A stretch of 64,000 nt of DNA from a virus, in IMG/VR virus record IMGVR_UViG_3300032296_003714, positions 43,330 through 107,329 of that record. One strand, given 5' to 3'. The translations under genes and the position numbers were made by a program. The notes under the pieces were generated by a model. The model saw only the letters and a program-made list of their open reading frames with translations, made no database searches and had not been told where the DNA came from. This document shows positions 1 through 8,185 of the stretch, one piece after another. Each line of letters begins with the position of its first letter. Within the stretch, counting starts at the first letter, position 1.

Positions 1-129
1 GCTTATCCGACTAAAGATTTTCCCAACAATACAATTGCCGTCTTACCTGAAATGTTCAATTCTGAAATAAATCAATGTAAAGGAGTGTGTTCTGATTTCA
101 TAAAAGAATATAAAGAAAAGTATGATTAA
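1..129 (+). CDS. C-terminal fragment of a probable PI-PLC/GDPD-like phosphodiesterase-fold protein (5' truncated)
   Basis: Frame 1 reads AYPTKDFPNNTIAVLPEMFNSEINQCKGVCSDFIKEYKEKYD*. The 'IAVLPE...GVCSDFI' end resembles small GDPD-like proteins found beside HAD/nucleotidyltransferase genes. Overlaps the next ATG. Confidence 0.5.
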   Translation, partial: AYPTKDFPNNTIAVLPEMFNSEINQCKGVCSDFIKEYKEKYD

Positions 130-1498
130 GTTAATTATTTTTGATTTGGATGGAGTTTTAGTAGAGGCAAAAAAAATTCACTATGATTGTTTGAATCAAG
201 CTCTCGAAGAAGAAGGAGAACAGTATGTTATAGGATGGGACGAGCATTTAAGTATTTATGATGGATTAAAGACAAACCAAAAACTAGAATTACTTTCTAA
301 CAACAAAGGTCTTCCCGTTAATTCGTATAAAAGAATATGGGAAAAAAAACAAATTCTTACATTAGAATCACTGAATAAATTAAATCCAACAGAGCACATA
401 AGAAACTGTATAAGTAGTTTATCTAAAGAAGGATATAAGATTGTTTGTTGTTCAAATAGTATTAGGAAAACTGTATTAACGGTTTTAAGTAAACTAGATA
501 TAATTCAATATTTTGATTTGATTTTATCAAATGAAGATGTGAAAAACAGCAAACCTCATCCTGAAATATATTGGAATGCAATTTCTCACATGTCTTGTTT
601 TCCAGATGAAACACTAATTATTGAAGATTCACCTTATGGTTTGTTAGCCGCAAGTAGGAGTAATTCTATGGTATATCGTGTTAATTCTCCTAGTGACATA
701 ACATATGATAATATAAAGAATCAAATAAATTTTATTACTAAAAACAGTAAGATGGTTAAACATAAGTGGTCTGACAAAACATTAAATGTACTTGTCCCGA
801 TGGCGGGTGCTGGAAGCAGATTTGAAAAAATGGGATATACTTTTCCAAAACCTTTGATTGATGTTATGGGAAAACCCATGATTCAAGTTGTGGTTGAAAA
901 CCTTAATATAGATGCCAATTTCATTTATATTGTACAAAAATCTCATAGAGAAAAATATAATTTAGATACTCTATTAAATCTTATAACACCAAATTGTAAA
1001 ATTGTGGAAGTAGATGGATTAACTGAAGGTTCAGCTTGCACAACACTATTAGCCAAAGACTTAATTAATAATGATAGTCCATTGATATCAATGAATTCTG
1101 ACCAATTTATTGAATGGGATTCAAGTGAATTTATGTATAAAATGAACGAGTCCAACTGCGATGCAGGTATTTTAACATTCAAAGCAACCCACCCTAAATG
1201 GTCATTTGTTAAAATAAATGATTTGGGTTATGTAACCGAAGTTGCAGAAAAAAAACCAATTTCTGATATTGCAACTGTTGGGATTTATTTTTGGAGAAGG
1301 GGGTCTGATTATGTAAAATATGCGGAACAAATGATTTTAAAAAATATTAGAGTTAACAATGAATTCTACATTTGTCCGGTTTTTAATGAGGCAATTTTAG
1401 ATAATAAAAAAATAAAAATATTCGATGTTGATAAAATGTGGGGTATCGGTACCCCTGAAGATTTGAATTATTTTTTAGAAAATTACATAACTATATAA
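122..1498 (+). CDS. HAD-family phosphatase fused to a sugar-phosphate nucleotidyltransferase (NTP_transferase, GT-A fold)
   Basis: N-terminal FDLDGVL, KPHPEIY and IEDS HAD motifs; C-terminal VPMAGAGSRF...PKPLI, EVAEKKPIS and GIGTPEDL nucleotidyltransferase motifs. Confidence 0.85.
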   Translation: MIKLIIFDLDGVLVEAKKIHYDCLNQALEEEGEQYVIGWDEHLSIYDGLKTNQKLELLSNNKGLPVNSYKRIWEKKQILTLESLNKLNPTEHIRNCISSLSKEGYKIVCCSNSIRKTVLTVLSKLDIIQYFDLILSNEDVKNSKPHPEIYWNAISHMSCFPDETLIIEDSPYGLLAASRSNSMVYRVNSPSDITYDNIKNQINFITKNSKMVKHKWSDKTLNVLVPMAGAGSRFEKMGYTFPKPLIDVMGKPMIQVVVENLNIDANFIYIVQKSHREKYNLDTLLNLITPNCKIVEVDGLTEGSACTTLLAKDLINNDSPLISMNSDQFIEWDSSEFMYKMNESNCDAGILTFKATHPKWSFVKINDLGYVTEVAEKKPISDIATVGIYFWRRGSDYVKYAEQMILKNIRVNNEFYICPVFNEAILDNKKIKIFDVDKMWGIGTPEDLNYFLENYITI

Positions 1499-1499
1499 A

Positions 1500-2348
1500 A
1501 TGAATAATAACTTTTGTTTTCTGGTTTATACTAACGAAACGTATCTCCCAATTGCTAATCTATCCATGTCAGAATTTGATAGATTTAATCCCAATTTCCC
1601 TATAAAAAGATATTTGGTTTCAAATAAAATAGGCGATTTTGAATTTAAAGCACAAAATACAACTTTAATAGATTGTGATATTCCGTTTGATGGTTCAGGA
1701 AATCACTTTTCTAAAACAATGATGAAAGCCATCTCTAATATTAGTGAGGAGTATATTATATTTTTCTGTGATGACTATTTGCCAATAGGCGGAACTAAAT
1801 GGAATTTATTGTCAGAATTAATTGATATGATAAAAAATGAAGATATAGACTTCATATCTTTTTCATACATGCCCCAAGCAAAGCAATGGAAAAAATTTCA
1901 TGCAACGCTTCCTTCAGCACCAGATAAGAATTTATATTATATTCCGGATAACTACATGTATCTGTACAGCGTCCAGCCATGTATTTGGAAAAAATCTTCA
2001 TTGTTAGATATCTTATCTCATAATCCAGAAATGTCCTTACATCATTTTGATACAACAAATTTAAAAAATAGGGAAGGATTTGTTAGAACTATGGATGTTC
2101 ATACTTCGACATGGAATCCATACCCACAAGGCTCACAAACCTATGGATTTAAATGTTTAAGTACGGATTATGGTGGATTTGATGAACAAGAAAATTATGA
2201 TTGTTTTATATTTCCTTACGTTGAGATAGTAAGACATGGGTTTTTTAATATGTGGAGAGAAACAAATACCAAAATATTTTTAGAAAAATATATTGTTGAT
2301 AATAACATTGATGCTGATGAGCGTTTAAAAAGATTTATATACAAATAA
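1500..2348 (+). CDS. putative GT-A fold glycosyltransferase
   Basis: YIIFFCDDY (DXD-like) and QPCIWKK motifs; lies in the glycan cluster. Confidence 0.6.
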   Translation: MNNNFCFLVYTNETYLPIANLSMSEFDRFNPNFPIKRYLVSNKIGDFEFKAQNTTLIDCDIPFDGSGNHFSKTMMKAISNISEEYIIFFCDDYLPIGGTKWNLLSELIDMIKNEDIDFISFSYMPQAKQWKKFHATLPSAPDKNLYYIPDNYMYLYSVQPCIWKKSSLLDILSHNPEMSLHHFDTTNLKNREGFVRTMDVHTSTWNPYPQGSQTYGFKCLSTDYGGFDEQENYDCFIFPYVEIVRHGFFNMWRETNTKIFLEKYIVDNNIDADERLKRFIYK

Positions 2349-2364
2349 AAATCCACACCATTTT

Positions 2365-3222
2365 ATGAATATTGAAGTAATGTTTGAAAAACCACATACT
2401 TTGTGGAATGTTGTGTGGGTTTTTGAAAAATTTTTTCACTGGTTTAAAGAAAATTACCCTGAACATAATATTACTTTTAAAAATAGTGACCCAGATAAGA
2501 GAGGAAATCCATGTAGTCCGTATTCACCTCATGTGATGGTTATAAGAAATTTAGATAATTTAAAATATATCATAGTTTCATATTGGGATAGGGCATACGA
2601 ACTTACATGGCCAGGTTGCGGATGGGATATTGAAAATAGAGTTGAAATAATAACATCTTCAGGTGTCCATTCCCCAATGGACTTTACACCCTTTTCTTAT
2701 CTTTGTTATTCAAAGGATTTCGAACAAATTGCGAGTGTTGAAAGAATTCCTTTTGATAAAAAAGAAAAAAATTATTTATTTTTTAGAGGGTATCTGTATC
2801 ATCATAGAAAAATAATGCAAAACCATTTTCCTGAATATTTTACCGAAGAAAGAAAAGTCTCTTTCGATTTATTCAAAGAATTTAATGAGAATAAGATTAA
2901 TCTTAGTATTGATGGTGCAGCTGAAATTTGTCATAGGGATATTGAGATTCTTTCATCTGGTTCTGTTTTATTAAGACCTGAGTTAAATCAAATTTTTCAT
3001 GACCCATTAATTCCTGATTATCATTATATAAGTGTTCCAAAAAGTAATGACCCGGTAACACAATTTAAATTATTATTAGAAAAGTACGAAGAAGTTAAAA
3101 ATAACGATGAATTATTATCCACAATATCAAACAATGGATATGAATGGTATGAAAGAAATGGAACTGTAAAATCAAATGTTGATATTTTAAAAAAAATTAT
3201 AAATTTAGGTAAATTAGAATAA
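2365..3222 (+). CDS. putative glycosyltransferase (GT90/CAP10-like C-terminus)
   Basis: LFFRG, LSIDG..EICHRDIEIL, LIPDYHYI and ISNNGYEWY pattern. Confidence 0.6.
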   Translation: MNIEVMFEKPHTLWNVVWVFEKFFHWFKENYPEHNITFKNSDPDKRGNPCSPYSPHVMVIRNLDNLKYIIVSYWDRAYELTWPGCGWDIENRVEIITSSGVHSPMDFTPFSYLCYSKDFEQIASVERIPFDKKEKNYLFFRGYLYHHRKIMQNHFPEYFTEERKVSFDLFKEFNENKINLSIDGAAEICHRDIEILSSGSVLLRPELNQIFHDPLIPDYHYISVPKSNDPVTQFKLLLEKYEEVKNNDELLSTISNNGYEWYERNGTVKSNVDILKKIINLGKLE

Positions 3223-3225
3223 ATT

Positions 3226-4617
3226 ATGAATGAAGTTGTTAAATATTGGGATGGGAATCTTATATTACGCCACATCGGTAAAGAGTTAAATTGGTTATTT
3301 AGTTATCTCGATGATAAAAAAATTGAATCTGTTTCTTTCATTGATATTGGAGGTAATGTTGGAAAATTTTATGATGAGGTTTCAAAAAAATATAATATAA
3401 AGAAGTGTGTTATTGTTGAACCTTCTAAAGTTTTATATGACTATATGTCTAATAAATTTGAAAACAACGATTCTGTAGAAATACACAATTTTGCAATTTC
3501 AGATAAAAATGGAAGTTTTCAATTTTACGATAGTGCAAGTATGTTTGTTGACATATTTGAAAAAGAAGAAATAAACGATTCAATAAACTTAGGATTGTCT
3601 AAGTTGTCTCATGATGTACCTGGTGATACTATGTGTTATAGTATGGATTTCTTTATGAGAGAAATTTGTAACATACAACCTAATGAAATAGATTTTATAA
3701 AAATTGACACAGAAAATTCTGATTTACAAATTATTAAAAGCATGACGAATTTTTTTGTGGAGAATAAAATTCGACCTCTAATTCTTTTTGAGAATAACTA
3801 TCATAACTCTATTAGTGAAACTGAAGCTTTGGCTATTATAAATAATTTTTGTAATTTATGTGGGTATGAAAAGATTGATTTATCAATACCAGGTGACAAT
3901 ATCCTAATTCCGCTAAAAAAAGAAAAAACTAATAATTTAACTGAAGTTTATAGAATATTACAAAGTTTTAAAATCGATAAAAAATTTTGGAGATATCAAA
4001 ACTTAACGGGTGAGGATTATGATATTAGAAGGTCTAAACCGGCACCATACATTAAAACCGCAATTGAAATTGCTAAAGCGTTAGACTTAAAAAATGTTGT
4101 TGAAATTGGTTCTTCAAGATATTCAGTAACTGACCCATGTTTGAAATATTTTGATTTGTCTAATAATGCCTTTTTGTCTCCACCTTGTTGTTGTGACGGA
4201 CATGGAGGCTTTTTTTGGTCAAGAGCGGGGTTTGAAGTTTATACTGTAGATATTGACGAAAATTGTAAAAATGGGGTCTTGTGGTCTTATGGTAATCTTA
4301 ATATTCCGGTTCCTGAAAATCTACATGTTGAAATACCTAGAGATGGGATTGAGTTCTTACAATCTTTTGATAAAACTATAGACGTTTTATTCTTAGATGG
4401 TTGGGATATCGGTACTCCTGAATATGCTGAAAAACATTTAGAGGCGTATTTGGCTGCTGAAAATAAATTATCTTCAACCCATTTAGTCTTAATCGATGAT
4501 ACTGATTACATTACCCAAGATGGAGGTAAAGATAAACTATTATCTCCTTATCTAATTGATAAGGGATATATTCCATTATTTAATGGAAGGCAAACATTAT
4601 ACATGAAATATGAGTAA
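3226..4617 (+). CDS. FkbM-family methyltransferase fused to a second class I SAM methyltransferase domain
   Basis: FIDIGGNVG and IDFIKIDTE (FkbM); second domain VVEIGS...IDVLFLDG...VLIDD. Confidence 0.75.
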   Translation: MNEVVKYWDGNLILRHIGKELNWLFSYLDDKKIESVSFIDIGGNVGKFYDEVSKKYNIKKCVIVEPSKVLYDYMSNKFENNDSVEIHNFAISDKNGSFQFYDSASMFVDIFEKEEINDSINLGLSKLSHDVPGDTMCYSMDFFMREICNIQPNEIDFIKIDTENSDLQIIKSMTNFFVENKIRPLILFENNYHNSISETEALAIINNFCNLCGYEKIDLSIPGDNILIPLKKEKTNNLTEVYRILQSFKIDKKFWRYQNLTGEDYDIRRSKPAPYIKTAIEIAKALDLKNVVEIGSSRYSVTDPCLKYFDLSNNAFLSPPCCCDGHGGFFWSRAGFEVYTVDIDENCKNGVLWSYGNLNIPVPENLHVEIPRDGIEFLQSFDKTIDVLFLDGWDIGTPEYAEKHLEAYLAAENKLSSTHLVLIDDTDYITQDGGKDKLLSPYLIDKGYIPLFNGRQTLYMKYE

Positions 4618-5362
4618 AGTAGTTATAAGTCTTACGACAATACCAAACAGATTAAATCCTGATAGACCAGGTTATGGATTAAAGCCTGCACTAGATAGAT
4701 TAACAACATTATCTTATGGTGATTATGAAGTTCATTTGAATATACCATTTGTGAATAATAAATCTGGTGAATATTATACAATACCTAATTGGTTACAGGA
4801 ATATAATTCGGACAAATTAAAAATTTTTAGAACTGAAGATTATGGTTCAATAACAAAACTGATTCCTACTGTTGATAGGTTATCTGACCCTAATGATATA
4901 ATAATAACAGTTGATGATGACTTGAATTATATGGATGGTTTCATTGAATATCATTTAGAAAAAAGGAAACAATACCCTGACGCTGCAATTGGTTTTGCGG
5001 GTATAGGCTCAATTGGGGGGACCTGCCATTTTTGTACCACAGTAAAAGATGATGTTAGAGTTAAAATTTTAGAAGGATATAAAACTGTATCATATAAAAA
5101 AGGTTTTTTTGGTTCGGATTTTAAAGATTTTGCAATAGGAAATTGGAATGATGATATGATTATATCTGCATACTTAGGTAAAAATTACATCCAAAAAATG
5201 GTTGTTGCTTACGATAAAGACACTGATTATTCTCCAAGAGTTGAGTCATTTCCTGTCATTGGACATCTGCCAAATGAAAGAGGTGGCTGTTGGTGGTTTA
5301 GAAATGAGTCTGTACCTGACAATCATCAGATATACTATAAATTAGGATTTTTAGAAAGATAA
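4610..5362 (+). CDS. putative GT2-like glycosyltransferase
   Basis: VVISLTTIPNR, DYGSITKL, IITVDDD and DDMIISAYL motifs. Confidence 0.7.
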   Translation: MSKVVISLTTIPNRLNPDRPGYGLKPALDRLTTLSYGDYEVHLNIPFVNNKSGEYYTIPNWLQEYNSDKLKIFRTEDYGSITKLIPTVDRLSDPNDIIITVDDDLNYMDGFIEYHLEKRKQYPDAAIGFAGIGSIGGTCHFCTTVKDDVRVKILEGYKTVSYKKGFFGSDFKDFAIGNWNDDMIISAYLGKNYIQKMVVAYDKDTDYSPRVESFPVIGHLPNERGGCWWFRNESVPDNHQIYYKLGFLER

Positions 5363-5363
5363 T

Positions 5364-7034
5364 ATGGAAAAAGTTACTTTAGTCACAGGTTTATGGAATA
5401 TTGGTAGGGATAACCTATCAGAGGGATGGTCTAGGTCATTCCAACATTATTTAGATAGATTTGATAGATTATTGGATGTTGACGCCAATATGATAATATT
5501 TGGAGACGAGGAGTTAGAATCATTTGTCTTCAAAAAAAGAACTAATGAGAATACACAATTCATACTTAGACCTACAAGCTGGTTTGTTCACAATGAATTC
5601 TATGATAAGATTCAAGAAATTAGGACTAAAGAATCTTGGTATAATCAAGTAGGTTGGCTCAAGGATTCAACACAGGCTAAGTTAGGAATGTATAACCCCT
5701 TGGTTATGTCTAAAATGTTTTTATTACATGATGCAAAAATTTTAGATAGGTTTAATTCTGATTATATGTTTTGGATTGATGCTGGTCTTGCAAACACAGT
5801 TCATCCAGGATATTTTACACACGATAAAGTTTTAGATAAATTACCAAAATATATTTCTAAATTTTCATTTGTTTGTTTTCCATATGAGACTTCTGTTGAA
5901 ATACATGGTTTTGAATATTCAAAATTAAAATCTATAGCAAATTCCGATGTTAAAAAAGTTGCGAGAGGCGGATTCTTCGGAGGTCCAAAAAGTACGATAT
6001 CTGAGATAAATTCAATTTATTATTCATTGATGAAATCAACATTGTATGATGGATACATGGGTACTGAAGAGTCACTATTCAGTATTATGTGTTATAAACA
6101 TGCTGATGTTGTGAATTATTTTGAAATAGATGGTAATGGATTAATGGGTAAGTTTTTTGAGGATTTGAAAAACGATAAGTTGGTCGTAAAATCAGAGTCT
6201 TCTATTAATAATTCACACGTATTAGATTTATCAAAAACATCCTTGTACGTTATAGGTTTTAATAGTCCAAAACAATTTAAGACACTTATTGAGTCTATGT
6301 TATCTTATGATAAAAACTTTATAGAAAAACCAAAAAAATATTTATTAGATAATTCTACTGATTTGTCAACTACTGAGGAATACTCGGTAATTTGTAAAGA
6401 GTTTGGTTTTGAACATATTAAGAAAGATAATTTAGGTATTTGTGGTGGTAGACAATTTATTGCAGAACATTTTGAAGAAAGTGATTCTGACTTTATGTTT
6501 TTCTTTGAAGATGATATGTTTTTCTATCCTAAGGATGGTGTATGTAGAAATGGATTCAATAGATATGTTCCTGACCTGTATCAAAAATCATTAGAGATTG
6601 TGAGAAAAGAAGGTTTTGATTTTTTAAAATTAAATTATAGTGAATTTTTTGGCGATAATGGCACACAGTGGACATGGTATAATGTACCACAACATTTGAG
6701 AGAAGAGTTTTGGCCCGAAAAACCCAAACTACCTGAAAGCGGATTAGACCCAAATGCACCTAAAGTTAAGTACGGAAAAATAATTTCACACAAAGGAGTT
6801 CCATATTCTAATGGTGAAATATATTATTGTAACTGGCCACAAATTGTTTCTAAATTAGGTAATAAAAAAATGTTTTTAGATACAACATGGGCACATCCGT
6901 TTGAACAAACTTGGATGAGTCATATGTATCAACTGACAAAAAAAGGTGAATTAAATCCAGGAATTTTATTACTTACACCAACAGAACACAATAGATTTGA
7001 ACATTACGGTCCAGGGTTGCGTAAAGAATCATAA
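5364..7034 (+). CDS. HtrL/YibB-like glycosyltransferase fused to a GT-A-like domain
   Basis: TLVTGLWNIGR, YNPLVMSKMFLL, FWIDAGL and GGFFGG (HtrL family); C-terminal FMFFFEDD DXD-like domain. Confidence 0.7.
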   Translation: MEKVTLVTGLWNIGRDNLSEGWSRSFQHYLDRFDRLLDVDANMIIFGDEELESFVFKKRTNENTQFILRPTSWFVHNEFYDKIQEIRTKESWYNQVGWLKDSTQAKLGMYNPLVMSKMFLLHDAKILDRFNSDYMFWIDAGLANTVHPGYFTHDKVLDKLPKYISKFSFVCFPYETSVEIHGFEYSKLKSIANSDVKKVARGGFFGGPKSTISEINSIYYSLMKSTLYDGYMGTEESLFSIMCYKHADVVNYFEIDGNGLMGKFFEDLKNDKLVVKSESSINNSHVLDLSKTSLYVIGFNSPKQFKTLIESMLSYDKNFIEKPKKYLLDNSTDLSTTEEYSVICKEFGFEHIKKDNLGICGGRQFIAEHFEESDSDFMFFFEDDMFFYPKDGVCRNGFNRYVPDLYQKSLEIVRKEGFDFLKLNYSEFFGDNGTQWTWYNVPQHLREEFWPEKPKLPESGLDPNAPKVKYGKIISHKGVPYSNGEIYYCNWPQIVSKLGNKKMFLDTTWAHPFEQTWMSHMYQLTKKGELNPGILLLTPTEHNRFEHYGPGLRKES

Positions 7035-7050
7035 CAATATATTTATTGTT

Positions 7051-7428
7051 ATGGAATTTTTTATAAAAAAGAATGCATCCCTACCGGTTCTAAAAATGCA
7101 AGTAGTTAAAGACGGAAGGTCAGGGTATCAACAATTAATGGAAGATTTAGAAGTTTCTTCAATATACTTCTCTATGATTGATACTGCAAATGGTATACCT
7201 AAAATAATCGATGCCCCATGTGGTATTGTTCCCATAGATTTACCAGCGGGTTCTCCACCCGAATATTATATTTATTTCCAATTTAACGCGAGAGATACAA
7301 ACACGACTGGAAGATATAAAGGTGAGTTTTTAATTAAAAACGATGAAGGCAATCTAATTCTACCTTTAAGGGAGGAAGTGTATATAAATGTTCAAGATAG
7401 TTTTTCCGCAATAGACCCTTGTTGTTAA
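7051..7428 (+). CDS. hypothetical virion-associated beta-sandwich protein (BppU N-terminal-like)
   Basis: Better start is ATG 7051 (MEFFIKKNASLP...DTNTTGRYKGEFLI), 4 nt after TATTTAT; the track start at 6997 lies inside the previous gene. Confidence 0.5.
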   Translation: MEFFIKKNASLPVLKMQVVKDGRSGYQQLMEDLEVSSIYFSMIDTANGIPKIIDAPCGIVPIDLPAGSPPEYYIYFQFNARDTNTTGRYKGEFLIKNDEGNLILPLREEVYINVQDSFSAIDPCC

Positions 7429-7452
7429 TTTAATTTCATTTATATTTAAAAA

Positions 7453-8115
7453 ATGATAGAAAATTTTTTAGGTGTAAACATATCTTATCCATATAATATT
7501 TTTACAGAATCAGAACTTTTTTTCTTATATGGTGTAATTTCATCGATTAATCCACAAAATATAGTCGAATTGGGAGGAGGGTCTCAAGGAATTTGTTCTA
7601 GCGTTTTCACAAAAGCACAGAAAAATAATCCTAAAGCTAAGCTTTTTTCCGTAGATATTTTAGAAATGAAAAAAAAATCCAATAATCATTTTTTACTTCA
7701 AAAAGATATAAATGATGTAACACCTGATGATATACATAATGAAAAAATAGATGTTGTTTTTTTTGATTCTCATGGAGTAATTCCGCAATTAAACTTTTAT
7801 AATAAAATGGTTAAATATAATTTAATTGATGACGACACACTTCTTATTTTACACGACACAAATTTATTTTATGAACCAATAACAAGTATGTGTATCAATT
7901 CGAATGGTCACTTTGGTATGTTCACTGAAGAAGGTTATGCTCACCAATGGGTTGAAAGAAATCTTGTTAATTATTTTAAATTAAAAGGTTATGATGTTTT
8001 TAGTTTATCTACAAAACCAGAAAATCATAATGAAAACCATCCATTACTTTTTGGTATTTCCGTTTGTAAAAAATTCAAAGTTTTAAATCCAATTTCTTTG
8101 GTTTATCCCGAATAA
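7453..8115 (+). CDS. class I SAM-dependent methyltransferase (Methyltransf_24-like)
   Basis: IVELGGG, LFSVDI, IDVVFFDS and LILHDT motifs. Confidence 0.75.
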   Translation: MIENFLGVNISYPYNIFTESELFFLYGVISSINPQNIVELGGGSQGICSSVFTKAQKNNPKAKLFSVDILEMKKKSNNHFLLQKDINDVTPDDIHNEKIDVVFFDSHGVIPQLNFYNKMVKYNLIDDDTLLILHDTNLFYEPITSMCINSNGHFGMFTEEGYAHQWVERNLVNYFKLKGYDVFSLSTKPENHNENHPLLFGISVCKKFKVLNPISLVYPE

Positions 8116-8129
8116 TTTTTATATTTATC

Positions 8130-8174
8130 AGAGAAGGTAAATTTCACATTTTGTGAAAGCTAATAGACCACTCT
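8130..8174 (+). promoter_or_regulatory. structured 5' leader of the DNA polymerase gene (nested stem-loop)
   Basis: Outer AGAG-aa-GGT / ACC-a-CTCT pairing encloses inner TTTCACA-ttt-TGTGAAA; ends 11 nt before ATG 8186. Confidence 0.5.
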
Positions 8175-8185
8175 AAAAATATATT

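Noticed and set aside
8130-8174. Calling the polB leader a c-di-GMP-I riboswitch
   Set aside because: No GNRA tetraloop and no second hairpin with receptor; only a loose internal-loop resemblance
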